From: an uncultured Acidobacteriota bacterium
Lineage (GTDB): Bacteria > Acidobacteriota > UBA6911
DNA length: 64,000 nucleotides
NCBI GenBank assembly: GCA_963809485.1
Contig: CAWEJX010000007.1
Span: 224,001 to 288,000 of the forward strand
Reading direction: 5' to 3'
Position 1 is the stretch's first letter, and each line of letters begins with the position of its first letter. Under the pieces are notes generated by a model. It searched no databases, was not told where the DNA came from, and saw nothing but the letters and a program-made list of their open reading frames with translations. Positions 20,069-29,526 of the stretch are shown in pieces. Both the position numbers and the translations under genes were made by a program.

Positions 20069-20869
20069 ATGATCCAGTATCTGGTATTCGACATTGAAAC
20101 GCGTGTGGATAAGGACCTCGTGAAGCAGATCTACGATCCGGAAAACTGTCTGACTCTGGACCAGGCTTACGACACCGCCCGGGACAAGCTTCTGGAGCGG
20201 AGCGGCCAGCAGAGCGACTTTTTCCCGGTCCCCTTTCATATACCCATTGCAGTCGCCACGCTGCACGCGGACGAGAACTATGGGATAAAGTCTCTGGGCT
20301 GCATGGGGCTCGACCGGTACTCCGAAGCGGATCTGGTTGCCAGGTTCTGGCAGGTTTTTGAAAACGTTCAGACCTTTGTGACCTTTAACGGCCGCGGATT
20401 CGATTTGCCGGTGATGGAGACCCGGGCATTCAAATATGGTATCCCGCTCCCGCGATATTTCGGCACGGGACATGAGCGGATCAACTATCGGGGAAACCGT
20501 TACAGCGACGCCTACCATATCGATTTGTGCGATTTTCTCTCCAATTATGGGGCTGTGCGCCGGAATTCGATCAACCTGTTTTGCAAGCTTATGGGGCTTC
20601 CCGGCAAGTACACGATAGCGGGCGAGGACGTGGAATACCTCTTTCGCCAGGGACGCCAGAAAGAAATCAACCAGTACTGCATGACGGATGTCCTGCAGAC
20701 CTACCTTCTTTTCCTGCGTGTCGAACTGCTGAGAGGCAAGTTGGACAGATCCGCCTATCAGGCAGCCGTGACCGCTGCCGGGGAGGACCTGACACAGCGC
20801 GCAAGCAGCGCCGGTTCCGAAAATTTCCTGCTGGACTTTCTCCAGCGATGGAACCAGTCCGAAGTTTGA
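20069..20869 (+). CDS. Stand-alone PolB-like 3'-5' exonuclease (DEDDy)
   Basis: ExoI FDIET, ExoII FNGRGFD, ExoIII YCMTD. Confidence 0.85.
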   Translation: MIQYLVFDIETRVDKDLVKQIYDPENCLTLDQAYDTARDKLLERSGQQSDFFPVPFHIPIAVATLHADENYGIKSLGCMGLDRYSEADLVARFWQVFENVQTFVTFNGRGFDLPVMETRAFKYGIPLPRYFGTGHERINYRGNRYSDAYHIDLCDFLSNYGAVRRNSINLFCKLMGLPGKYTIAGEDVEYLFRQGRQKEINQYCMTDVLQTYLLFLRVELLRGKLDRSAYQAAVTAAGEDLTQRASSAGSENFLLDFLQRWNQSEV

Positions 20870-20965
20870 TCCTCTTTGCCAAAGAGTGTTTTGCCGGGAA
20901 GCGACAGTAAGACTAGACCATAAGCCTTTATAAATCAACAGTATATGGAAGCCAGACTTCCTTCA

Positions 20966-21197
20966 GTCAGGTACCTCCGGCAAAGCCGGAGGCTTGAAAG
21001 ATTGGAACCGCTCAAAGCGGTTGGAGAAGTTACGCCGGTCTTGAACGCTGACTTACGCGGGTAAAAGCCGATGAGGCGCTCGCCGACTCTCGCCGAACAA
21101 ATCGGTGTTTGTCAGCGCTTTTATCAGCGTTTCAAAATACGGAACTGTCAAACTCTTTGAGTCCCCCGGCAGAGCCGGCGCTTTACCAATGTAATTA
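20966..21197 (-). mobile_element. IS200/IS605-end MITE (family B, copy 3)
   Basis: gtcaggtacctccggcaaagccggagg ... cccccggcagagccgg ... ccaatgtaatta. Confidence 0.8.
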
Positions 21198-21221
21198 TTG
21201 TCGGTTGCGCCGGATTCGCGA

Positions 21222-21701
21222 CTATTTATGCGAATTTTTGGATTTTCCGGAAATCTGTTTCTTTCCGTCTGCAAAAAAATTCCGCAGAAGCCTTATGGTG
21301 CGCGGGAGATCGGATTTTGGCACGACGATGTGATCGTTCCTGAAGGCGGAAACAGGGACGGAGCGAATGCTGGATTCGGTCAGGAGCGATCCTATCGCGG
21401 ACAGGTAACCGCTCGATATCAGCGAGAGCTTCACATCAAAACTGATCACCTTCATGGGGCCGATCACGTCGTATTTCTCAAATATCCTTTGCATTCTCAA
21501 CCATTTACGGCGCGGCAAGACCATCGTGATCACCTTCGGCTCCTGAATCACCACAGCAAAACGGGTGGTTGCGGGACGAAACCATTCGCCCGAAATAGCC
21601 TTGATGCCGACCGGCAAGTGAACGATGAAATAGTCCTCGGGAAACACGACTAAATTCGTTTGTGTCAGCAGTCCTTTAAGATCCGCAGAGAGCTCCGCCA
21701 T
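21222..21701 (-). CDS. ACT domain-containing protein
   Basis: GYLSAIGSLL...PVSAFRNDHIVV resembles ACT_7-type domains; ATG 21701 with AGGAG. Confidence 0.7.
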   Translation of the reverse strand: MAELSADLKGLLTQTNLVVFPEDYFIVHLPVGIKAISGEWFRPATTRFAVVIQEPKVITMVLPRRKWLRMQRIFEKYDVIGPMKVISFDVKLSLISSGYLSAIGSLLTESSIRSVPVSAFRNDHIVVPKSDLPRTIRLLRNFFADGKKQISGKSKNSHK

Positions 21702-21836
21702 AAATCTCCTTTTACCGCGAATTGGAAGACATAATAGCACCGGAGATCGGGCGATAAAAGCCTAAACCAAGAGGCTTCGCTGCGCATCGAAGCTTCGCGC
21801 CATAAAGCCGTAAAACTTGTGAAGACAGAAATTAGA

Positions 21837-22469
21837 TCAATGCCCGCGGGAGGAGCTGTATTTTTTTTCGCCCGCCCGGATCGCAACCTTGAGAGAATTT
21901 TCATCCGGCGCGACCGGGCAGCTGAACGTGGGATTATAGGCGCAATACGGATTGTAGGCACGGTTGAAATCCAGGTCGTAAACTCCCGAGGTATTCTCCT
22001 TAAGGTCGATATAGCGGCCCGAGCCATAGGTCTCGCGCCCCGAAGTGGAGTCCCGGAACGGGATAAAAAGATAGGGGCCGCCTTCGGGCGCATCGTCGAG
22101 CCTGTAAGCCTGAAGCCGGCACTCCTGATTCCATATCTGAAAACTGAAGAAGCCGTAACGCAGGCCGCTGCGTATTTCGCCGGTGTTGGTACCCAGCCGC
22201 ACCTGTTCCGGGCTGGAGTATCGCTGCAGCCGCACGGTAAATCTTAAACCGGGATCCAAAGGGTAGTAATCGAGGCCTTTGAAGCCGGGCCTGTCCTCCG
22301 GAAGAATCGGCGAGTCTTCTGCCTTAAAGGTCGCGTCTTTGGCCGCCCTTTCCTTAAGAACCGCGTCCACGAACACTGAGGGCTCCCTGCCTGCGGTGTC
22401 CGTTTTTGCACAAGCCGTCAGCATCACAAGAAGAATGGCAATCACAGGAGCTGCAAATCCAGGCTTCAT
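21837..22469 (-). CDS. DUF1684 family lipoprotein
   Basis: Lipobox LTAC; ETYGSGRY and LDFNRAYNPYCAY..FSCP motifs. Confidence 0.9.
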   Translation of the reverse strand: MKPGFAAPVIAILLVMLTACAKTDTAGREPSVFVDAVLKERAAKDATFKAEDSPILPEDRPGFKGLDYYPLDPGLRFTVRLQRYSSPEQVRLGTNTGEIRSGLRYGFFSFQIWNQECRLQAYRLDDAPEGGPYLFIPFRDSTSGRETYGSGRYIDLKENTSGVYDLDFNRAYNPYCAYNPTFSCPVAPDENSLKVAIRAGEKKYSSSRGH

Positions 22470-22608
22470 ACGAGACTACCTCCAGGTGTTACCCGGCTGA
22501 TAGTATCAGGATGGGAGCCCTTCTGACAAATTCCCTGCCGACCTGCCCTGGCCCTAAAAATGTATCCGGCCCGGCACCTTCCGGCATGCAAAAAAAATAA
22601 ATAAAAAA

Positions 22609-22636
22609 GCAACCTTTGGGGCACGGTTGCCGTCTA
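22609..22636 (+). promoter_or_regulatory. ECF-sigma-type promoter
   Basis: GCAACC-N16-CGTCTA preceded by an A-tract (22590-22608). Confidence 0.6.
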
Positions 22637-22640
22637 TAGG

Positions 22641-22723
22641 GTTACATTCAACCCCAATTGAACAACACCGCTGTTGGGGCGACGGGAATGCAAACGGACT
22701 CTCATTCCTGCCGCCCCCTTTTT
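22641..22723 (+). ncRNA. Candidate ~83-nt small RNA
   Basis: Lies between an ECF-like promoter and a 15-bp GC stem terminator (22676-22717, then ctttttt run); no ORF. Confidence 0.5.
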
Positions 22724-23082
22724 ATTCAACGACCTCAGCAAAGCCCGGCGCATGACTGCAAACTATTCCAGACGGTATGCTGAGATTCTGAGGCATTAGC
22801 TATCGATCTGCCCTGACCTTAACATCTGTGGTCAGTGTTCATCAGCGTCTTTATCAGCGTAATTCGGCGTCATCTCACGCTGGTGTTGCCGAACTCCAAA
22901 AGCCGTCCGGAGACGCCGAGAAACAAGCTTTGCCTTATTTTATATATCTCCGCCGCTTTTTGCCGATTCAGTAAGTCGGCTGACAATGAAGGCTACAGGC
23001 TCGAAGGCGCAAGCAGAAAAAGCTTTCCCGGCGCAAATACATGCGTTGTTTGTACAGGGAAGCCGGGGATTCCAATTTGCAA

Positions 23083-23111
23083 TTGACACCCCTGGGAGCT
23101 TTCGATAGTCT
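23083..23111 (+). promoter_or_regulatory. Sigma70-type promoter
   Basis: TTGACA-N17-TAGTCT upstream of the 23145 ORF. Confidence 0.65.
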
Positions 23112-23144
23112 TCAATAACTATTTTTTTGTGATTAGGAGCGACC

Positions 23145-24458
23145 ATGCCCTCCGCGCAAGATTGTGCCGAAAGGCTTCGCGAACAAGCCTACAGGACGCT
23201 CTTACCGCAGATCCGGGATCTGGAGCAGGAGCTGCAAAACTTCAGCAATTCTCTTTCGTCCGGCGTCGATCAGATCGAGCGAAGGCTGGATGCTTTGCGC
23301 AAAATTGAGCTGCCCACGACTGAAGCCATCCTCAGCGAAGTACTGGAGGAAGTGAAGCTTCAAAAAGAGCATGACGCGGGCTCTCTGGTTGCGTTTGCAT
23401 ACGGCTTGCGCCGGAAAGAGACTCAGGAAGAAATCCTCACGTTTCTCCTCGACAACGCCCAAAGGTATTTTTCGCGCGTGGCTCTTTTTGCGGTCCGGGG
23501 AGACCGATTTTTAGGTTGGTCGTCCAGGGGTTATTCCGACGCAAAAGCCAGGGAAATAGGTTCCTGTGAATTTCCGCGCTCCGAATGCCGGCAATTGGAG
23601 GATGCTCTCGGGAGTGAAAATCCGGTGACGGCCTCTGAATTGCCGGACAATCATAGCCCTCTGAGTTTGCTCCAGGATCAGACCGGGGAGCCATGGCATT
23701 TGATGCCGCTGCGCGCCCTGCAGCGGCCGGTTGCGCTTCTGCTGGCCAGCGGGAATGGAATTGCACCTTCCGGCGCCGATGCCCTCGCGGTTCTGGCCGA
23801 ACTGACATCGCTGCGGCTGGAAAACCTGGCTCTCAAGGTTCTGTACGAACTGACGGCCGGAAAACCTGAAACAGCGCCCCAGCCTTTGAGAGAAGAGGTC
23901 GCGGCAGCAGCTACGGAATCGACCGAGACATTCGCGCCTATTCCGTCGGCCCCTCCGGCCATGGCCCAGGAGGAAGCCGCGGTACAAGCCGCGCCTGCAC
24001 CGGAAGCCGTCTTCGAAGAGGAACCCGTCGAAGCGCCGGAAGCAGAGACCATCCCGGTTTCGGCTGCCGCTCAGTCGAGTGCCCCTCAGGAGGAAATTCC
24101 GGTTGAGGCAGCCGCCGCGATTCCGGCCCCGGAGCCGGCCAAATTTCAGCCACAGGCATTTCAACCGGCCGGCGAGGAGGAAAAGCTTCACGCGGATGCA
24201 AAGAGATTTGCACGCCTGCTGGTTTCCGAAATCAAGCTCTACAATGAACACCACGTTATGGAAGGCCGGGAAAACCGGGATCTCTACCTCAGGCTGAAGC
24301 GCGATATCGACCGAAGCCGTGAGATGTACGAAAAGCGCGTTTCGCCCACGGTTGCCAGGAAAATTGACTACTTCCACGATGAAATCATTCGAATACTCGG
24401 AGATAACGACTCCACCACACTCGGGAGCGACTATCCGGGTCCTCGTGTCGAAAGCTAG
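23145..24458 (+). CDS. Hypothetical protein: coiled coil, GAF-like domain, Pro/Ala/Glu linker, C-terminal helical domain
   Basis: AGGAG RBS; C-terminal AKRFARLLVSEIKLYNE motif. Confidence 0.7.
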   Translation: MPSAQDCAERLREQAYRTLLPQIRDLEQELQNFSNSLSSGVDQIERRLDALRKIELPTTEAILSEVLEEVKLQKEHDAGSLVAFAYGLRRKETQEEILTFLLDNAQRYFSRVALFAVRGDRFLGWSSRGYSDAKAREIGSCEFPRSECRQLEDALGSENPVTASELPDNHSPLSLLQDQTGEPWHLMPLRALQRPVALLLASGNGIAPSGADALAVLAELTSLRLENLALKVLYELTAGKPETAPQPLREEVAAAATESTETFAPIPSAPPAMAQEEAAVQAAPAPEAVFEEEPVEAPEAETIPVSAAAQSSAPQEEIPVEAAAAIPAPEPAKFQPQAFQPAGEEEKLHADAKRFARLLVSEIKLYNEHHVMEGRENRDLYLRLKRDIDRSREMYEKRVSPTVARKIDYFHDEIIRILGDNDSTTLGSDYPGPRVES

Positions 24459-24467
24459 AAACCAGAA

Positions 24468-26687
24468 GTGCACGTAAGAAGGGTTTTTTCGGGATACCAA
24501 CGCCGGCAATGGCTGAGTGTACGGCTTTGCATCGCCACAGCCTTCCTCAGCATATTGCTCCCTGCCGGAATCACCGATGCTCCCGGCGTGACCAGGAAGG
24601 GTGCGCCGCAGCCCTCCGCGTCGATCTCCCGGAAGCCTCAGACCGACCGGGCTGCCTTGACAGCGGCATCAGGCGCGCTGAAGCGCGGAGTGGATCTCTA
24701 CCTCGCCAGCCAATATGCCTCAGCTCTCGAAAGCCTGCCCGGCGAACAGGAGGCTTCCGCAAGCCTGCTCGGCGATTACATCCTGCTCTATAGAGGCAGA
24801 GCCAATCTCAAGCTGGAGCGGCGCCAGGAAGCTCTAAACAGTTTCCGTTTGCTGGAAAAGCAATTCCCCGATTCGCCTCTCCTGAAGGACGCTCTGACAG
24901 GGCAGTGCCAGGCACTGTTAAAGCTTGATGATCCGCGCGCCGCTCTGGCAATCCTGAGCAGCAGCAAGTTTGATCCCGATGCCGAATCGACCTATTTAAA
25001 GGCTCAGGCCCATCAGGCGGCGGGTGAAAAAGAAGAAGCCGTCGAACTGTATCTGCGGGTCTATTCCCGATATCCCGACTCCGGATTTTCGCCGCTTGCA
25101 GAACGCAGCCTCGTTTCGCTGTCCCCAAAGGCGCTTACGGGCAACCGCAACTATGCCGCCCGCCTGCAGAGAGCGGAGAATCTCATCAAAGCTGCGAATG
25201 CCCGCGGGGCGCGCCTCCTGCTTCTGGCGCTGGGCAAGGTGCCCGCTCCCGATTCGCCCAGCTCCGAAAGAAGGAATCTGCTTTTGGCGGAAGCGGAATA
25301 CCGCCTGGGAAGAGCCTCAACAGCTCTCACTTACCTTCGCAAAGTGACGGCCGAAGACTCCGCGCTGCACGCAAGGGCCATATACCTGGAGGGGGCCTGC
25401 TACCGGAAACTCGAAAGGGAAGAGGCAATGCTTGCAGCGCGGGATAAAGCGCTGAAGTTATACCCCTATTCCCCGGATACCCAGGAGCTTTGTTATTCTG
25501 TCGCTGCCTATTTTGATCTGAACTACAAAAATGCGAAAGCATCCGAAGCCTACGGGCTTCTCTATAAAGCTTTCCCAAAAAGCCGCCACGCGGATCGCGC
25601 GTTGTGGAAGGGCGCAATACTCGCCTACCAGTCCAGGCAATATGGGGAAGCGGCCCTGGGATTCTGGAATTATTTGATTTCCCATCCGAGCCCTAACCAG
25701 GCCGGTCCGGCGCTTTACTGGTTGGGTCGCTGCTATCAGAGCCTGACCGATTATGAGAACGCGAAGTATTTCTATGGCCGGGCCCGGGCTTTGGCCAACG
25801 AAAGCTACTACGGCCAGCGGGCTCGTGAGGCGGCTTCAGCTCTGCAGCAGGCCCTGGACGGCAAAGCCGCCCGGATTTCGGGAATCGATTTCGCCCAGGT
25901 GGTGCGTATATGCGACAGCATGCAGTATCCTCCGGTTTCCATCCCGGAACCCGGAGAAATTGCAGCCCTGTTTGTCAGCCGTGCATCCGCCCTGGCAGAG
26001 GCGGACCTTGAGGATTTTTCGATTTCCGAGTTGCGCTGGGGAAGCCGCCGCTATCCCCAGGAGGCCGGTGCCCTGAATTATGAAATGTCCCGCATCTGCG
26101 ACTCCAGGGAGGATCATAACGGCGCGATCGCGGGATTGCGCAGGGTGTTTCCGGACTATGTCACTCGCCCTGCCTCTTCGTTGCCCGATGAAGTCTGGCA
26201 GCTCCTCTACCCCATTCGGCATTGGGAAATTATTTCCTCCCGTGCCGTCGACCAAAAATTGGATCCGGGCCTGATTCTTGGGGTCATTCGGCAGGAATCC
26301 GGATTTGAAGAAAAAGCGAGATCCAGGGCCAATGCCCGCGGCCTGATGCAGATCATCCCTTCCACCGGCCGGAAGCTGGCCCGTCAGGCTCGAATCCCGC
26401 GATACAGCGTCGCAAAGCTATATCAGGCCGAAACCAATATCACGCTTGGAACCAGATTCCTCGCCTCTCTGGTTCAGACATACGGCGCCCTCGAGCTTGC
26501 TCTGGCTGCCTATAATGCCGGGGGTTCCCGCGTGGACCGCTGGCTTGCCGAATTCGGCCGGGACGATATGGCGCTCTTTGTCGAACAGATCCCTTTCAGC
26601 GAGACGCGAAACTATGTCATGCAGGCTTTGAGCAACAAAGCCCGTTATGATTTAATGACATCGTCTGCCAGCACTGGAGCGCGGTGA
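24468..26687 (+). CDS. slt: Soluble lytic transglycosylase with TPR repeats
   Basis: IRQES catalytic Glu, ARGLMQIIPST, AAYNAG, IPFSETRNYV. Confidence 0.9.
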   Translation: MHVRRVFSGYQRRQWLSVRLCIATAFLSILLPAGITDAPGVTRKGAPQPSASISRKPQTDRAALTAASGALKRGVDLYLASQYASALESLPGEQEASASLLGDYILLYRGRANLKLERRQEALNSFRLLEKQFPDSPLLKDALTGQCQALLKLDDPRAALAILSSSKFDPDAESTYLKAQAHQAAGEKEEAVELYLRVYSRYPDSGFSPLAERSLVSLSPKALTGNRNYAARLQRAENLIKAANARGARLLLLALGKVPAPDSPSSERRNLLLAEAEYRLGRASTALTYLRKVTAEDSALHARAIYLEGACYRKLEREEAMLAARDKALKLYPYSPDTQELCYSVAAYFDLNYKNAKASEAYGLLYKAFPKSRHADRALWKGAILAYQSRQYGEAALGFWNYLISHPSPNQAGPALYWLGRCYQSLTDYENAKYFYGRARALANESYYGQRAREAASALQQALDGKAARISGIDFAQVVRICDSMQYPPVSIPEPGEIAALFVSRASALAEADLEDFSISELRWGSRRYPQEAGALNYEMSRICDSREDHNGAIAGLRRVFPDYVTRPASSLPDEVWQLLYPIRHWEIISSRAVDQKLDPGLILGVIRQESGFEEKARSRANARGLMQIIPSTGRKLARQARIPRYSVAKLYQAETNITLGTRFLASLVQTYGALELALAAYNAGGSRVDRWLAEFGRDDMALFVEQIPFSETRNYVMQALSNKARYDLMTSSASTGAR

Positions 26688-26820
26688 GAAATTCGGGCGG
26701 GAGAACCGTCCTCCCGGGCAACTTGCGAATTCAGGATTACGGGCATCCAGGCAACAGCCGGATACGCTGCGCCGGTTGAGATTGCATGGAAAGCGAAGGA
26801 ACCGTTGAGAGGATCCACCT

Positions 26821-27438
26821 TTGTGGAACCAACCATATCCGGATGATGACCGCAAGTTGATCGCCCGATGCCAGGCAGGAGATTCACTGGCTTTCGAGGA
26901 ACTGGTCGCGAAGTATCAGCAAACGGTTCTGAATCTTGTTTATCACTATATCGGCCCCCGCGGCGAAATCGAGGATGCAGCGCAGAAAATCCTCGTCAAA
27001 GTATATTTCTCCCTTCCAAAGTTCGACAACAAGCGGCCTTTTTTCCCGTGGCTGTACCGCATTGCGATTAACCAGTGTTACGACGAAATCAGGAGGGCCA
27101 GACGCCATAAAACCCACACATTCACGGAGCTGGACCTTGAAGACCCGGAAAGCATAGAGAGGCTGATCCGTCAAGCCGAGTCCCCGCACCATTCGGATGA
27201 AAACCGCCAGGAAATGCAGGCCCTTCTGCATCGGATGCTGGACCAGTTGCCGGATCAGCAGCGAACGGCTATCGTGCTGCGCGATATCGAGACGGTCCCC
27301 TACTCCCAGGTAGCCGCAATACTGAAGTGCACGGAACAGGCCGCCAGGCTGAAGGTTTTCCGGGCGCGGGCGCGGCTGAAGAAACTGGTGGAAAAAGCCC
27401 TGCAAGCCAAAGATCCGCCGCCCAATGCATCCCGGTAA
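26821..27438 (+). CDS. ECF RNA polymerase sigma factor
   Basis: AFEELVAKYQ, FFPWLYRIAIN, region 4 helix-turn-helix ending FRARARL. Confidence 0.9.
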   Translation: MWNQPYPDDDRKLIARCQAGDSLAFEELVAKYQQTVLNLVYHYIGPRGEIEDAAQKILVKVYFSLPKFDNKRPFFPWLYRIAINQCYDEIRRARRHKTHTFTELDLEDPESIERLIRQAESPHHSDENRQEMQALLHRMLDQLPDQQRTAIVLRDIETVPYSQVAAILKCTEQAARLKVFRARARLKKLVEKALQAKDPPPNASR

Positions 27439-28241
27439 CGCTGACTTACGCTGATAAAAACCCGACGTACGCTGACCTTGAAAAATTTATATGTGTTTTT
27501 TCAGCGTTGGTCAGCCTATGTCGGCGCAAGTCAGCGTTTATTTCCGGAACGGTAACGCTGACTTACGCTGACAAAAACCTGACGTACGCTGACCTTGAAA
27601 AATTTATATGTGTTTTTTCAGCGTTGGTCAGCTGATGTCGGCGCAAGTCAGCGTTTATTTCCGGCACCGGTAACGCTGACTTACGCTGACAAAAACCCGA
27701 CGTACGCCGACCTTGAAAAATTTATATGTGTTTTTTCAGCGTTGGTCAGCCTATGTCGGCGCAAGTCAGCGTTTATTTCCGGAACGGTAACGCTGACTTA
27801 CGCTGACAAAAACCTGACGTACGCTGACCTTGAAAAATTTATATGTGTTTTTTCAGCGTTGGTCAGCTGATGTCGGCGCAAGTCAGCGTTTATTTCCGGC
27901 ACGGTAACGCTGACTTACGCTGACAAAAACCCGACGTACGCCGAACTTGAAAAATTTATATGTGTTTTTTCAGCGTTGGTCAGCCCATGTCGGCGCAAGT
28001 CAGCGTTTATTTCCGGCACGGTAACGCTGACTTACGCTGACAAAAACCCGACGTACGCCGAACTTGAAAAACTCATATGTGTTTTTTCAGCGTTGGTCAG
28101 CCTATGTCGGCGTAAGTCAGCGTTTATTTCCGGCCTGGTAACGCTGACTTACGCTGACAAAAACCTGACATACGCCGAACTTGAAAAACTCATATGTGTT
28201 TTTCCAGCGTTGGTCAGCTGATGTCGGCGTAAGTCAGCGTT
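27433..28241. repeat. Tandem array of seven ~117-bp palindromic (hairpin) units
   Basis: Unit starts at 27433, 27550, 27668, 27785, 27902, 28019 and 28136; each has acgctgacttacgctgac...gtcggcgcaagtcagcgt arms. Confidence 0.92.
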
Positions 28242-29526
28242 CAGTGACGTTTTGTAGAGCAGCCCAGAAGCCGGGGAAGCTGACGTCGGCGCACTCCGCA
28301 TCGTGAATGCGCGTCTCTCCCTGGGCTGAAAGCGCCGCAACGGCAAACGCCATCGCGATCCGGTGATCGCCCCGCGTATCTATGTCGGCCCCATGCAGGT
28401 GCCGGCCTCCGCAGATCACGAGGCCGTCCGGCTTTTCCTCGACGCCGGCGCCCATGGCGCGCAGGTTCGTGGCCAGAGCGGAGATCCTGTCGCTTTCCTT
28501 CACGCGCAGCTCCCGGGCATCGGAGATTTCGAGCCCTCCCGCCTGCGCTCCCAGAACGGCCAGCACGGGAATCTCGTCGATAAGGGCCGCCGCCAGGCTG
28601 CCCCGGATCGCGGGAAGCTGGCGCTCCAGAAGGGCCGGGCTGTGCCGGACCCTCAAGTCACCGCGAGGCTCGCCTGCTTCTTCCGTCTCTTTTTCGATCT
28701 CGAGGTTCAGGCCCGCTTCCAGAACATAATCCAGCAACTCACGCCGCCGCCGGTTCAGACCCGCTCCCGGTATACGCAGATCCGATTCCGGGACTATGGC
28801 TGCGGCTGCCAGAAAGAATGCCGCGCCCGAAAGATCGCCGGGGACCGCGAGATGGCGCGCCTTCAGGACAGGTTCCGGATCAACTTCGATCCAATTTCCT
28901 TCGACACGGAGCGTTCCGCCGAACTCTTTCAGCGCAATTTCGGTGTGATCGCGCGTGGGGATGGTCTCCTCCACCGCCGTCGGTTTATCCGCATACAGGC
29001 CCGCCAGGAGCACGCACGATTTCACCTGTGCGCTCGGCACCGGAAGCCGGTAGCGCATTCCCCTCAGAACTCCTCCCCGTATTTTCAGCGGCGGCAGCCC
29101 GCGCTCCCTCGACTCCAGCACTGCGCCCATTTCCCGGAGGGGCTGGATGATTCGCGCCATCGGCCTGCCGGACAGCGACGAATCTCCCGTAATCACGGAT
29201 TCAAAGGGATGGCCGGCGAGAATGCCGGAGAGCAGGCGGATCGTCGTGCCGGAATTGCCCGCATCGAGGACGCGGCCGGGGGCGCGCAAGCCCCGAAGCC
29301 CGCGTCCGCGGATCGTGACCGTTTCGCCGGATTCCCGGACATCGACTCCGAGGGCTCGCAGGCATTCGAGCGTGCTGTGGCAGTCCCGGCTTGCGGCAAA
29401 GTGGTCGATCACCGATGTGCCTTCGGCGATGGCGCCAAGCAGGGCATAGCGGTGCGAAATGGATTTGTCTCCCGGGAGCTGGACTTCTCCGGAAACTGAA
29501 TTCGCTGAGTTGAGCGCCTGGATCAT
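28234..29526 (-). CDS. aroA: 3-phosphoshikimate 1-carboxyvinyltransferase
   Basis: [33 protein letters not shown]. Confidence 0.96.
   Translation of the reverse strand: MIQALNSANSVSGEVQLPGDKSISHRYALLGAIAEGTSVIDHFAASRDCHSTLECLRALGVDVRESGETVTIRGRGLRGLRAPGRVLDAGNSGTTIRLLSGILAGHPFESVITGDSSLSGRPMARIIQPLREMGAVLESRERGLPPLKIRGGVLRGMRYRLPVPSAQVKSCVLLAGLYADKPTAVEETIPTRDHTEIALKEFGGTLRVEGNWIEVDPEPVLKARHLAVPGDLSGAAFFLAAAAIVPESDLRIPGAGLNRRRRELLDYVLEAGLNLEIEKETEEAGEPRGDLRVRHSPALLERQLPAIRGSLAAALIDEIPVLAVLGAQAGGLEISDARELRVKESDRISALATNLRAMGAGVEEKPDGLVICGGRHLHGADIDTRGDHRIAMAFAVAALSAQGETRIHDAECADVSFPGFWAALQNVTER

Noticed and set aside
27327-28221. Repeat-encoded proteins (TVTLTYADKN...)
   Set aside because: The 117-bp unit is a multiple of 3, but the frames are broken by TGA in units 2, 4 and 7 and by a 1-bp indel. 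No RBS is evident, and conservation follows the palindrome.
27433-28241. CRISPR array
   Set aside because: Units are near-identical over the whole 117 bp with no unique spacers, and there are no cas genes in the window.
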